Assembly: GCA_965219685.1 (NCBI GenBank)
Contig: CBDCOH010000002.1
Coordinates: forward strand, 1,888,001-1,952,000
Length of the DNA: 64,000 bases
Direction of reading: 5' to 3'
Source of the DNA: Candidatus Spongiisociaceae bacterium
GTDB lineage: Bacteria > Actinomycetota > Acidimicrobiia > Spongiisociales > Spongiisociaceae
Positions 29,714-39,898 of the stretch are shown here, in pieces. Each line of letters begins with the position of its first letter. The first letter of the stretch is position 1. Under the pieces are notes generated by a model, which had not been told where the DNA came from, did not search any database, and saw only the letters and a program-made list of their open reading frames with translations. The position numbers and the translations under genes were made by a program.

Positions 29714-32059
29714 ATGGCCTCCCTGATCGGCGCGCCGGTTGTCCGGCGGGAGGACCCTCGGCTGCTCACCGGATCGGGCGAGTACCTGGCCGATGTTCGC
29801 ATCCCGGGGACTCTCGAGGCAGCCTTCGTGAGATCGCCGCTCGCACATGCCGTGGTGCGTGGGCTCGATCCGCAGCGAGCCGTCGGTCTGGACGGTGTTC
29901 GAGCCGTGCTCACGGCGGCGACGCTCCCCGATCACGCTCCGCTGGTGGATGCCGTAGCCATCGAAGGGCTCGCCAAGACCCCTCAGCCGCCCCTTGCCGG
30001 GGAGCGGGTCCGCTACGTCGGAGAGCCGATCGCCCTCGTGGTGGCGGAGGACCGCTACGCCGCCGAGGACGGGGCAGAGTCCGTCTCCGTCGAATTCGAG
30101 GAACTACCCGCCGTCACCGATGCGCGCTCTGCGGCCTGCGCCGGGGCCCCGCAGCTGTACCCCGACCTCGGCTCGAACGTCGTCTTCAGGGAAGTGAAGG
30201 AGTTCGGAGACCCGGCGAAGGCGTTGGCATCGGCCCGCAAGGTGTATCGATCCGAGTTCCATGGAGGACGGGCGACCGCGGTGCCCATGGAGACGCGAGG
30301 CTGCCTGGCCTCCTACGACGCCGGCCGGGGGCGGCTGACCGTTTTCTCCTCGACCCAAGGCCATCACCTGTTGCGCCGCCGCCTGGCCGTCAGCACCGGC
30401 CTCCCCGAGTCGAGGGTGCGGGTGATCGTCCCCGACGTGGGAGGCGGGTTCGGCCAGAAGATCCCGGCTGCACCGGAAGAGGTGGCAGTGGCCCTCGCTT
30501 CGATGGCGCTGGAGAGGCCCGTGAGGTGGATTGAGGACCGGCGTGAGAACCTGGTCGCCGCCCCGCAGGCCAAAGAGCAGATCGTGTCGCTGCAGATGAG
30601 CGTCGACGAGGCAGGCCGATTCCGTGCCATACGGGCCAAGGTCACCGGGGATGCCGGCGCCTACTCTCACAACAGCGCCAGCGCACTCATCGAACCCTAT
30701 CTGTCGGCGCTGCTCCTGCCGAGCCTGTACAGGATCGAGCACTTCGAATGCGAGATATTGGCCGTCCTCACCAACAAGGCGCCCGCCTCCCCGTACCGGG
30801 GGGTGGGATGGACCGCCTCGCACACCGCCCGAGAGCTGCTCATAGACCACATAGCCAGGGAGGAAGCACGGGATCCGGCGGAGCTGCGGCGCCTGAACAT
30901 GATCCGGTCGGATGAGACACCCCACACCAACGTCACGGGCATGGTCTATGACAGTGGATCGTTCCGTGAGTCCTTGGACAAGGCCCTGGAGATGGCCAGC
31001 TACCAGTCGTTCCGCCGCAAGCAGGAAAGCGACACGCACCCGCGCCGCCGCGGGATCGGCATAAGCCCGTACGTGGAACCGAACGGATGGGGAAGCGACG
31101 GCGCGGCCCAGTCCCACTGGGTCTTCGCCTCCCACGATGCCGCCCGCGTCACGATGGACCCCGGCGGACACGTGACCGTGGCGGTCGGAACACCCTCCCA
31201 GGGCCAGGGCCACGAGACGACGCTGGCCCAACTCACGTCTGCCGCCCTCGGCATTGCTCCGGAGGCCGTAGAGATACGAAGCGACGACACCGACGCCACC
31301 CCGGTCAGCATCGCCGGCACACGTGCGTCGCGCACCGCCGTCGTGACGGGCGGAGCGGTGGTCCTCGCATCCGAGGACGTGCGGTCCAAGCTCCTGCGGT
31401 TGGCCGGTCACCTGCTGGAAGCGTCCGAGTGCGATCTCGACATCACCGACGGGATCGTGCACGTGACCGGTGACGAATCCACCCGGATCTCCGTGGCCGA
31501 TGTGGCTGCCGCCGCCCACTTCAACCCTGCCGTGCGCACCGCCGAACCGGAACCGCTGCTCACCTCGCAACGCTTCCACGATCCGGACGCCACCTATTCG
31601 AACGGCTGCGTGGTTGCGACGGTGGAACTCGATCTCGAGACCGGCGCAGTCGTGGTTGTTGACCTTGTGGCGGTCGAGGACTGCGGCCGGATGATCAACC
31701 CGCTGATCGTGGAGGGTCAGCTCCACGGGGCCGCGGCACAGGCCCTGGGATACGCTCTGCTGGAGACAGTGGCCTACAGCACCGACGGGCAGGTCCTGAC
31801 GAGCAGCCTCATGGACTATCTGATCCCCACGTGCGCCGAGGTGCCGACCATCCGGATAGGTCACATCGAGTCGCCCTCGCCCCACACGGTCTTGGGAGTG
31901 AAGGGAATGGGGGAATCAGGAATGATCGCAGTACCGGCGGCCATAGCCAATGCGGTGGCCGACGCCGTTCCCGGCCATCCGATGATCGACCGCCTCCCGA
32001 TCACCCCCGGCCTGGTTTCTCAGCTTGTATCTCTGACGGAAAACGATGGGGAGCCGTAG
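29714..32059 (+). CDS. Xanthine dehydrogenase-family molybdopterin-binding large subunit
   Basis: REDPRLLTG, RSPLAHA, DVGGGFG.K, PYRGVG, QGQGHET, DCG..INP, KGMGE. Confidence 0.92.
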   Translation: MASLIGAPVVRREDPRLLTGSGEYLADVRIPGTLEAAFVRSPLAHAVVRGLDPQRAVGLDGVRAVLTAATLPDHAPLVDAVAIEGLAKTPQPPLAGERVRYVGEPIALVVAEDRYAAEDGAESVSVEFEELPAVTDARSAACAGAPQLYPDLGSNVVFREVKEFGDPAKALASARKVYRSEFHGGRATAVPMETRGCLASYDAGRGRLTVFSSTQGHHLLRRRLAVSTGLPESRVRVIVPDVGGGFGQKIPAAPEEVAVALASMALERPVRWIEDRRENLVAAPQAKEQIVSLQMSVDEAGRFRAIRAKVTGDAGAYSHNSASALIEPYLSALLLPSLYRIEHFECEILAVLTNKAPASPYRGVGWTASHTARELLIDHIAREEARDPAELRRLNMIRSDETPHTNVTGMVYDSGSFRESLDKALEMASYQSFRRKQESDTHPRRRGIGISPYVEPNGWGSDGAAQSHWVFASHDAARVTMDPGGHVTVAVGTPSQGQGHETTLAQLTSAALGIAPEAVEIRSDDTDATPVSIAGTRASRTAVVTGGAVVLASEDVRSKLLRLAGHLLEASECDLDITDGIVHVTGDESTRISVADVAAAAHFNPAVRTAEPEPLLTSQRFHDPDATYSNGCVVATVELDLETGAVVVVDLVAVEDCGRMINPLIVEGQLHGAAAQALGYALLETVAYSTDGQVLTSSLMDYLIPTCAEVPTIRIGHIESPSPHTVLGVKGMGESGMIAVPAAIANAVADAVPGHPMIDRLPITPGLVSQLVSLTENDGEP

Positions 32060-32347
32060 GAGGGTGGCCCAAACGGCGGTTAGCAACGGGCCGCCTCCCT
32101 CTGACCAGGCATTATGTCACCGGTCGACGGCCCGTAGAGGGGTTTGCCGCGGGTACCGGCAGCGGTTGGCCGGTCCGTGTCACACCCCCGTTGCACACTG
32201 GTAGGCAGCTGCAAACACCACCGGTCCGGTTGCGGTACCGATCGGACCAGGGCGGGGATCATGTGGGAGCCGACCCTTGCGGGGGCTAGCAGGACGCGTT
32301 CGTACACTGCGGAGGTGGCGGTTGGGGGTGGGCCCGACGGATGTATC

Positions 32348-32368
32348 CGCCCGGCCGGGGGCGTTTTT
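32348..32368 (+). terminator. Possible intrinsic terminator
   Basis: cgccc-ggccgg-gggcg followed by ttttt, between convergent genes. Confidence 0.35.
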
Positions 32369-32483
32369 CGCGTTCTCGGGTCCCCGGGGGCTAGCTGGCG
32401 CGATGGTCGGTACGTTCCGGGTATCGATTACGAATCCAGTAACCAGGACACAGGGTCGCGGGCGCCGGGGCGGAGCCGGGGCG

Positions 32484-33245
32484 TCACAGTCCCCGGCCGC
32501 CGTCCACGGAGATCAGTTCACCGGTAACCATCCGGGCGTCCTCCGACGCGGCCCAAGCTGCGACGGCGGCCACCTCGTCCGGCTGGACGAGACGACCCAT
32601 GGGTATCGCCTCGGCGATCGCCGCACGGCTCCCCGCCGTGTTCACGCCGCCCATGAACTCCACCAGCATCGGCGTGTCCGACGCCGCAGGGCATAGAGCT
32701 ACGACGCGGATGTTGCGCGGAGCCAACTCGAGGGCCAGGCTCCGGGTGAGGGTTGCCACCGCCCCCTTGCTGGCTGCGTAGGCCGCGTATCCCGGGCGGG
32801 GCCGGATCGAGATGTTCGACGCGATGTTCACTATGACCGCCGCGTGCGACCGCGCCAGGTAAGGCAGCGCTGCCCTGGTCATCAGGAAGACCCCACGGAC
32901 GTTGACAGCGAAGATGTGATCGAACTCGGCGTCGCCGGTCTCTTCGATGGGCTTGGGGCGCTGACCTACCCCGGCGCAGTTCACCAGCACATCGAGTCCG
33001 CCGAGACTATGCACCGCCGCCTCCACAGAACGCTCCGAATCGGCCGCGACGGCCAGATCGGCTCGGATCGGGACGGCATCGGATCCGGTGGCGTGTATCT
33101 CCTCGGCCACGGCAGTAATCCCCTCACCGTTCCGATCAACGAGAGCCACCGAGGCGCCTTCCAGGGCGTAACGCCGGCTGATAGCCGCGCCGATCCCAGA
33201 AGCCGCGCCGGTCACGACCACCCTTCTACCCTGCAGCAGAGCCAC
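32484..33245 (-). CDS. Short-chain dehydrogenase/reductase
   Basis: TGAASGIG, NCAG, YAASK, TGELISVDGG. Confidence 0.92.
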   Translation of the reverse strand: MALLQGRRVVVTGAASGIGAAISRRYALEGASVALVDRNGEGITAVAEEIHATGSDAVPIRADLAVAADSERSVEAAVHSLGGLDVLVNCAGVGQRPKPIEETGDAEFDHIFAVNVRGVFLMTRAALPYLARSHAAVIVNIASNISIRPRPGYAAYAASKGAVATLTRSLALELAPRNIRVVALCPAASDTPMLVEFMGGVNTAGSRAAIAEAIPMGRLVQPDEVAAVAAWAASEDARMVTGELISVDGGRGL

Positions 33246-33326
33246 CCGAGTCCTCCCGTTTCTTCCCGTGGACGCGCAACCTACCAGCTACGATTCACAT
33301 CGCGAGCAAGAGAAGGAGAGCGTCCC

Positions 33327-33989
33327 ATGGGCGAGCAAGTATCGAGCCGGGCTCAGTGGTTCTGGGATAACACAACCGAAGTATGGGAGGCGATCATGGA
33401 GCATCCCTTCCTCGTCGAGCTCGAAGCAGGAACGCTTCCGGACGAGGTTCTCCGCTTCTACTTCGAGCAGAATCTCCAATACGTCGACGCGGTCTACCGG
33501 TGCCGGCTGGTTGCGGCGGCCAAGGCCCCCGACAAGGAGACGTTCGACCTTCTCACCCGCGATTGGAATCTCGAGCCCAGCGACGAGCGGCAGGGAGACC
33601 TGCTCGTGAGTTTCGGAGGCGACCCTGACAACCTGCCGCCCATGGCGCCGGCTTGCAGGGGGTACACGTATCACATGTGGTACAACGCCCTCGACGGGCG
33701 CACGATCGACTGGCTGGCCAGCTTCGTCGCCTGTCCCTGGACGTACGACCTCATAGGCGAGCAGGTATCGGGGAACATCGGCGAGGAGCGCCGGGAGTCC
33801 TGGATGGAGTACTACGGCAGCAAGATCCACCACGACCTGATGGACGACTTCCGCGCCGCCGTTGATCGGCTGACCGTCGGCCTTGAGCAGGATGACCTCG
33901 ATGGGCTCCTCGAGAAGTGGCGCCTCGGCATGCGCTACGAGTGGATGTTCTGGGACGATGCCTATCACATGCGGGGTTGGCCGGTCTAA
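33327..33989 (+). CDS. tenA: TenA-family protein, paralogue 3 (QN variant)
   Basis: HPFLVELEAGTL, FYFEQN, VACPWTY, YEWMFWDDAY; AAGGAG RBS. Confidence 0.87.
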   Translation: MGEQVSSRAQWFWDNTTEVWEAIMEHPFLVELEAGTLPDEVLRFYFEQNLQYVDAVYRCRLVAAAKAPDKETFDLLTRDWNLEPSDERQGDLLVSFGGDPDNLPPMAPACRGYTYHMWYNALDGRTIDWLASFVACPWTYDLIGEQVSGNIGEERRESWMEYYGSKIHHDLMDDFRAAVDRLTVGLEQDDLDGLLEKWRLGMRYEWMFWDDAYHMRGWPV

Positions 33990-34120
33990 TCCATCTAGTG
34001 GCGCTCTCGCGTGACGCGCCTGAGAGCCGATGGGTATGATCCAACAACACGGAAGGTTTCGGCGACCCTGTTCGAACGGCTGAGGCCTGAGCTTCGAATC
34101 GCCCCTAAGAGGGAGGCACA

Positions 34121-35989
34121 ATGACGCGCAAGCGGTTCTATTACCCATTCATACTGATGGTGGTTCTTGCAATCGGGGCTGCCGCGTGCGGTGACGACGA
34201 GCCGGCGACCACGGCCGCACCCGCCACCACGGCCGCACCCACCACCACGGCCGCACCCACCACCACAGCGGCGGATACGACCGCTGAGACCGGCGACACA
34301 GAAACCCCGACGACGGCAGAGGCTACGACCACTACACCACCTACCACCCAGCCGCCTCAGATCGACGAGGGTGATGTGATGCGGGCTCCGGACCGCGTGC
34401 AGGACGCCGAGACGGTGGTGATCGCCTGGACCGGGTACCCCAACAGTCTGGATCCACCCGATAGCCTCCTCAACTTCAACCGCGAGGCTGGCGTCGGCCT
34501 TTACGACCGGCTCCTCACCTACTCGCTCACCGAGCGCGAGGACGGCACGTACGTATGGGACGGCCTCGGCGTGGCACCGGGCCTCGCCGAGAGCTGGGAG
34601 ATCGACGGAGGATCGGTGACGTTCACGATCCGCCAAGGCGTGACGTTCAACAAGACCGGTAACCCCCTGACTGCCCACGACATCTGGTACTCGTTCGTGC
34701 GAGCGATCGAGGTTCCGGGCTTCGGAACGTTCAACTCCAACCTGGCCGGTATCTTCGAGCCTTCTCGCCAGATCACTGTCATAGATGACTACACCATCCG
34801 TTTCGACTACGAGTTGGCCGACGGGACTCCGTTCCTTCTCAAGGCTTCGTTGCCGAGCATGAGGTTCCCGATCTTCGGGATCGTGGACTCGGTCGAGTTA
34901 CAGGCCCGCGCCACGGACGAGGATCCCTGGGGTCACGAGTGGGTCAAGGAGAACCCGGAGGGGTCGGGCCCGTACGTGATCGAGTCGGCGACACCCGGCA
35001 CCGAAATGATCCTGCGCCGTGTCCCAGGCCATTGGACCGAAGGGGACCAGAACCAACTCGGCGAGGCCTACAACGGTTTCGACCGGGTGATCTACCGGAC
35101 GCTCAGCAGCCCGGCGGACATCACGGCACTCATGCTCGGGGGGGAGGTGGACGTGGCCTTCGCTCTGGGTACCAGGGAGCTCAATGCCCTCGGTGAAGCT
35201 GGCTTCACCATCGTCAACGCCGAGATCCCCGATATCTGGCGCATCGACCTCCCGCTGACCACACCGCCGTTCGACAACCTGGCAGTGCGCCAAGCGATCG
35301 CACACGCGGTGCCCTACGACACGATCGTGGAGAACGCGTTCACCAACGCGACCCGCTCCTATTCGATCGTCAATCCGGCATCGCCCTCGTTCGTTCCGGC
35401 GTGGGACTACGACACCGACCTTGACAAGGCCCGCGAGTTGCTGGCGGAGGCCGGTTACCCGGACGGGTTCTCCACCGAGATGTTCTACACCCAAGAGCGG
35501 CAGGAGTGGGAGGACATCGCCCTGTTCCTCCAGGCCAGCCTCTCGCAGGTGGGGATCGACGTCGCTCTCCGGCCACTACCGGCGACTGAGTACCAGGAGC
35601 AGACAACGGCTCGGTACGACGACGACACGTTGATGCCCGGCATCCAGTTGCGCAGCGGGTTGATCTGGCTGGACGACGCCGATCCGAATGTCGGTCTTTG
35701 GCTGGTAACGCGTGGGTTCCCGGGGCCGGTCGGTGTGGGCGGATTCTCGAACGCCAGCCACTACTCGAATATCGAAGTCGACAAGTTGCACTTCGAGAAC
35801 CGGTTCAACCCGGACTTCGAAGCGCGGACCGAGGCCTACCGTGAAGCCCAGAGGATCGCGGCTCGCGACCTCCCGATGATCATGCTTGCCGTGCGCGGAT
35901 TCCCCGGCGCAGTGCATCCGGAGATCACCGGTGTGGCGTTCACTGCCGACCCGCATCTGCGCCAGTACCTGTTGAGGCCGGCTGGGTGA
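34121..35989 (+). CDS. ABC substrate-binding lipoprotein, family 5 (Dpp/Opp-like)
   Basis: Lipobox AAAC, TTAAP linker, PGLAESWE, GSGPY, VRQAIAHA, KARELLAEAGY. Confidence 0.9.
   Translation: MTRKRFYYPFILMVVLAIGAAACGDDEPATTAAPATTAAPTTTAAPTTTAADTTAETGDTETPTTAEATTTTPPTTQPPQIDEGDVMRAPDRVQDAETVVIAWTGYPNSLDPPDSLLNFNREAGVGLYDRLLTYSLTEREDGTYVWDGLGVAPGLAESWEIDGGSVTFTIRQGVTFNKTGNPLTAHDIWYSFVRAIEVPGFGTFNSNLAGIFEPSRQITVIDDYTIRFDYELADGTPFLLKASLPSMRFPIFGIVDSVELQARATDEDPWGHEWVKENPEGSGPYVIESATPGTEMILRRVPGHWTEGDQNQLGEAYNGFDRVIYRTLSSPADITALMLGGEVDVAFALGTRELNALGEAGFTIVNAEIPDIWRIDLPLTTPPFDNLAVRQAIAHAVPYDTIVENAFTNATRSYSIVNPASPSFVPAWDYDTDLDKARELLAEAGYPDGFSTEMFYTQERQEWEDIALFLQASLSQVGIDVALRPLPATEYQEQTTARYDDDTLMPGIQLRSGLIWLDDADPNVGLWLVTRGFPGPVGVGGFSNASHYSNIEVDKLHFENRFNPDFEARTEAYREAQRIAARDLPMIMLAVRGFPGAVHPEITGVAFTADPHLRQYLLRPAG
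34208..34270 (+). repeat. 18-bp coding tandem repeat (TTAAP[A/T])
   Basis: accacggccgcaccc(g/a)cc about 3.5 times. Confidence 0.85.
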
Positions 35990-36009
35990 TCCGAGCGGCT
36001 CTCCGGTCA

Positions 36010-36048
36010 TGTGACCGCGGCGCGTTGACCCATCACGCCGCGGTCACA
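36010..36048 (+). terminator. Hairpin after the binding-protein gene (mRNA stabiliser or attenuator)
   Basis: 13-bp perfect stem tgtgaccgcggcg / cgccgcggtcaca. Confidence 0.6.
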
Positions 36049-36093
36049 ACCTTCAGGCTCTGGCCGGGCGATCCGTTGTAGGACTGATCGGGG

Positions 36094-37110
36094 ATGGACT
36101 CCGGGCTCTCCCGCCAACTGTTCACCCGGCTCCTGCTGGTAGCGCCGGTAGTCTTCGGCGTCGTGACCCTCACCTTCCTGGTGGCGAGGGTGTTCGCGCC
36201 CGATCCGGTAGCGCTGTACATTCCGCCGCAGGCAGACGAGGAACTCCGTCACAAGATCAGAGTCGAGTTGGGCTTGGACAAGTCGATCCCTGAGCAGTAC
36301 GGGGTCTTCCTGGCCGACCTGGCCCAAGGCGACCTAGGTGAATCGACCATCACCGGCCGGCCCGTCACGAGCGACCTGTGGGACCGGCTCCCCGCGACCG
36401 TGGAGCTTGCCCTGGTGTCCCTCACCTTTGCCATCGTGATCGGAGTCCCTTTGGGCGTGCTGGCAGGGGCGAGGCGCGACGGTCCTTTGGACTTCTCGGT
36501 GCGCGGCATCACCCTCATCGGGATGGCGCTTCCGTCGTTCTGGCTCGGTCTGGTGCTCATCCTGATCTTCTTCGTCATCCTCGGCTGGCTGCCCGGGCCT
36601 GTAGGCCGGCTGCCCCTCGGTGCGGAAGCGCCCGAGAAGATCACCGGGCTGTATACGCTCGACAGCCTCTTTCGGGGGGACTTGACGCTCTGGTGGGAGT
36701 CGGTACGCCATCTCATACTCCCCGGCTTGACGCTTGGCGTGGTCATCGTGGCCCCCATCACAAGGGTGGCTCGCGCCTCGATGGTGGATGTGATGCGCTC
36801 CGAGTACATCCGTACGCCCAAGGCGTTGGGCATCCGCAAGCAGGTCATCTACTTCCGTTACGCCCTGAAGAACGCCCTGCTTCCGATCGTCACCATGATC
36901 GGAACGATCGTAGGTTTCGTCTTCACCGGCGCCGTGCTGGTGGAAGCGGTCTTCAACTGGCCCGGAATGGGCAAGTATGGGCTCGATGCCATCCTCAAGT
37001 CGGACTTCACCGCCCTCCAGGGCTTCGTCGTGGTGGCATCGGTCACTTACATCGTGGCGTTCTTCCTGGTCGACATCGTTTACATGCTGATCGACCCGAG
37101 GACGAGATGA
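36094..37110 (+). CDS. ABC permease (DppB-like)
   Basis: LGLDK, GDLG.S, RLPATVEL, PSFWLG, LKNALLP, VEAVFNWPGMG, IDPR. Confidence 0.93.
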   Translation: MDSGLSRQLFTRLLLVAPVVFGVVTLTFLVARVFAPDPVALYIPPQADEELRHKIRVELGLDKSIPEQYGVFLADLAQGDLGESTITGRPVTSDLWDRLPATVELALVSLTFAIVIGVPLGVLAGARRDGPLDFSVRGITLIGMALPSFWLGLVLILIFFVILGWLPGPVGRLPLGAEAPEKITGLYTLDSLFRGDLTLWWESVRHLILPGLTLGVVIVAPITRVARASMVDVMRSEYIRTPKALGIRKQVIYFRYALKNALLPIVTMIGTIVGFVFTGAVLVEAVFNWPGMGKYGLDAILKSDFTALQGFVVVASVTYIVAFFLVDIVYMLIDPRTR

Positions 37111-37120
37111 GGAGGAAGTC

Positions 37121-38026
37121 GTGATCGATATGACAGCCGACCGAGCTCCGGAAGGCGGCTCGCTCGACGTCATCGCTCCGGGACGCACCAGGTGGGGGAA
37201 GATCAGGTACGTGTTCGGCCAGAGCAAGAGCCTGACGGCCGGAACCATCCTTGTGGGAATCTTCATCCTGATTGCGCTTTTCGCCAAGTTCATCACCACC
37301 CACGATCCCAGCGCGGTACTGGTGGGGCCGCCGCTCACGGGGGTCAGCGCCGAGCACTGGTTCGGAACCGACAAGGTGGGCTCGGACGTGTTCTCCAAGA
37401 CGATCGCGGCCACCGCTCTCGATCTGCGGATCACCGCTTCGGCGGTGCTGGCGGCTCTCGTGGCCGGGGTCGTGCTCGGCACGGTCGCCGGCTATTACGC
37501 AGGGGTGGTGGACCTCATCCTGCTCCGGCTCCTGGAAATCCTCCAGTCCATTCCCACGCTGCTGCTGGCGATGATGGTGGTGGTGGCCATCGGGCCCGGG
37601 GAACTCAACGTGGTGGTGGTGATGGCTTTCATCGGGATGCCGTACTACGCGCGCCTCGTGCGCGCCGAGATCCTCACCAAGCGCACGTGGGAGTTCGCCG
37701 AGGCCGCCCGTATGGTCGGCGGATCGGCGATCCGGGTCGCCTTCCGGCATCTGCTGCCCAACAGCCTCTCGCCCGTACTCGCGTACGCCTCGGTCAATGC
37801 AGCGTGGGTGGTTCTGGTGACCGCCGCCCTGGGCTTCCTGGGTATCGGCATCGAACCGGGCACCGCCGAGTGGGGCTCGATGATCGCTCGCGGCCAGACG
37901 GAGATCATCACCGGCGAGTGGTGGGTCTCGGTGTTTCCCGGGCTGTTCGTCCTCATCCTCACCACCGGGTTCTACCTGCTCGGCGACGGCGTCCGGGACG
38001 TGATGGACCCGAGGTCCCGCAAGTGA
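37121..38026 (+). CDS. ABC permease (DppC-like)
   Basis: HWFGTD..G.D, ARLVRA, HLLPN, LGFLGIG, EWG.MI, LGDGVRD..DP. Confidence 0.93.
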   Translation: MIDMTADRAPEGGSLDVIAPGRTRWGKIRYVFGQSKSLTAGTILVGIFILIALFAKFITTHDPSAVLVGPPLTGVSAEHWFGTDKVGSDVFSKTIAATALDLRITASAVLAALVAGVVLGTVAGYYAGVVDLILLRLLEILQSIPTLLLAMMVVVAIGPGELNVVVVMAFIGMPYYARLVRAEILTKRTWEFAEAARMVGGSAIRVAFRHLLPNSLSPVLAYASVNAAWVVLVTAALGFLGIGIEPGTAEWGSMIARGQTEIITGEWWVSVFPGLFVLILTTGFYLLGDGVRDVMDPRSRK

Positions 38027-38042
38027 GAGGTCGAGAGCGCTG

Positions 38043-39071
38043 ATGGCCGCCAACCTCGTGGAGATACAGAACCTCGAAGGCTTCTTCGAGACCATCGGCG
38101 GCGACGTCCGCGCCCTGAACGGAGTCAACGTGGCGATCGAGGAGGGAAAGGTCACTGGTCTGGTGGGCGAGACCGGCTCGGGGAAGACCATGACCGCCCT
38201 CAACGTCCCCCGCCTGATGCCGGAGAACTTCCGCTACGTGTCCGGCCGGGTCATGTTCCGGGGCGAGGACGTCCTCACCTGGCCGGAGGAGAGGATGGAA
38301 CTCTTCCGCGGTGACGGCGTGGGTATCGCCTTCCAGGATCCCAAGGCCGCCCTCAACCCGGTGTTCACGGTCGGTGAGCAACTCGGCCGGGCGCTGCGAA
38401 CCCACACGGAGGCCACCAAGACCGAGGCCAGGCGGGCGGCGCTCGGGATCCTGGCACGGGTCAGGATCGCGGACCCGGGGCGCACCATCCGCCAGTACGC
38501 CCATGAACTGAGCGGCGGCATGGCGCAGCGGGTCATGGTCGCGCTGGCCGTCATCCACCCCCCCAAGCTCCTGATCCTGGACGAGCCGACCACCGGCCTC
38601 GACGTGACCGTGCAGGCCGAGATCATCTCCATGCTGAGAGACCTGGTGGAGGATATGGGCCTCACGGTGCTGCTCATCACCCACGACCTCGGGGTGGTGG
38701 GCGAGCTGAGTGACAACGTTGCGGTCATGTACGCCGGCCGGACGATGGAGTTCGGTGACATCAGCCAGATCTTCGAGCGACCCGCCAACCCCTACACGAG
38801 GGAACTCCTGCGGTCGACGGAGAGCGTCGAGGGCGGAGTGGGCGACCTGTACAGCATCCCCGGCGCTCCTCCCGACCTCCGGAACCTGCCTGACGGGTGC
38901 TTCTTCCAGGATCGGTGCCCGTCGGCGGAGGACATCTGCCGGACCGTTCCTCCGGTGGTCGAGGTCGAGCCGGGCCATATATCGATGTGCCACTTCGCCG
39001 AGCGCTACCACGCCATGCCGGGGCCGCTCCACATCACGCAGGACGGCACGGGTACCGGAGGTCACGGGTGA
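38043..39071 (+). CDS. ABC ATP-binding protein (DppD-like)
   Basis: GETGSGKT, LSGGMAQR, DEPTTGLD, NPYT, GCFF..RC tail. Confidence 0.93.
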   Translation: MAANLVEIQNLEGFFETIGGDVRALNGVNVAIEEGKVTGLVGETGSGKTMTALNVPRLMPENFRYVSGRVMFRGEDVLTWPEERMELFRGDGVGIAFQDPKAALNPVFTVGEQLGRALRTHTEATKTEARRAALGILARVRIADPGRTIRQYAHELSGGMAQRVMVALAVIHPPKLLILDEPTTGLDVTVQAEIISMLRDLVEDMGLTVLLITHDLGVVGELSDNVAVMYAGRTMEFGDISQIFERPANPYTRELLRSTESVEGGVGDLYSIPGAPPDLRNLPDGCFFQDRCPSAEDICRTVPPVVEVEPGHISMCHFAERYHAMPGPLHITQDGTGTGGHG

Positions 39072-39898
39072 CACCCGACCCCGGCGACTCCCTCTTGGCG
39101 GTGCGTGGTCTCACCAAGCACTTCCACCGGGGCGTCTGGCCGCGCCGCCAGACGATCGTCGCCGTCGACAACATCGACCTCCACGTGGCAAGGGGCGAGA
39201 GCGTCGGGCTCGTCGGCGAGAGCGGATCCGGCAAGACGACCACGGCTCGCACGATCCTGCGGCTCGTCGACCCGACGGCCGGTGAGATCAGCTTCGATGG
39301 AATACGCGTCGACCAGACCCCCCGCGCCAAGGTTCGCCGCCTCTACAGGAACATGCAGATGGTGTTCCAGGACCCGAACTCCTCCCTCAACCCGCGGATG
39401 ACAGTGCGGGAGATCGTCACCGAGCCCCTGAAGCTCCACCTCGAGATGTCGAACCATGAGCAGGAGGAGCGAGCGAACGAGATCATGACCATGGTGGGCA
39501 TGCGGGGATTCCACCTAGATCGTTATCCCGGCCAGTTGAGCGGAGGCCAGCGCCAACGGGTAGGAGTCGGTCGGGCCATAGCCACGCATCCCAAGCTGGT
39601 CTTTCTCGATGAACCTACCTCCTCGCTGGACGTGTCGGTCCGGGGCCAGGTGATGCAACTTCTCGTCGACCTGCAGCGGAAGCTGAACATGTCCTACGTG
39701 CTCATCAGCCACGACCTGGGCGTGGTACGGCAGCTCAGCCGGCGCGTACTGGTGATGTTCGAGGGCAAGATCGTCGAGGAAGGCCCCACCCGGCAGGTGT
39801 TCGAGAACCCCAGGGACGACTACACCAAGAGACTGCTGGCGGCCATCCCCTCCATGGACGGCTACCGCCGCCGGAGACGGCAAGGAGGGGCCCGATGA
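39068..39898 (+). CDS. ABC ATP-binding protein (DppF-like)
   Basis: GESGSGKTT, LSGGQRQR, DEPTSSLD; GTG start overlaps the previous stop. Confidence 0.92.
   Translation: MTPDPGDSLLAVRGLTKHFHRGVWPRRQTIVAVDNIDLHVARGESVGLVGESGSGKTTTARTILRLVDPTAGEISFDGIRVDQTPRAKVRRLYRNMQMVFQDPNSSLNPRMTVREIVTEPLKLHLEMSNHEQEERANEIMTMVGMRGFHLDRYPGQLSGGQRQRVGVGRAIATHPKLVFLDEPTSSLDVSVRGQVMQLLVDLQRKLNMSYVLISHDLGVVRQLSRRVLVMFEGKIVEEGPTRQVFENPRDDYTKRLLAAIPSMDGYRRRRRQGGAR

Noticed and set aside
30104-31885. Long antisense ORFs (593 aa here; also 17702-18883, 23450-24745, 36334-37482 and others)
   Set aside because: Shadows of well-supported genes caused by GC codon bias; no recognisable motifs.
29714-32059. Aerobic CO dehydrogenase CoxL
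   Set aside because: Lacks the form I AYxCSFR loop and there is no coxMS or accessory gene.
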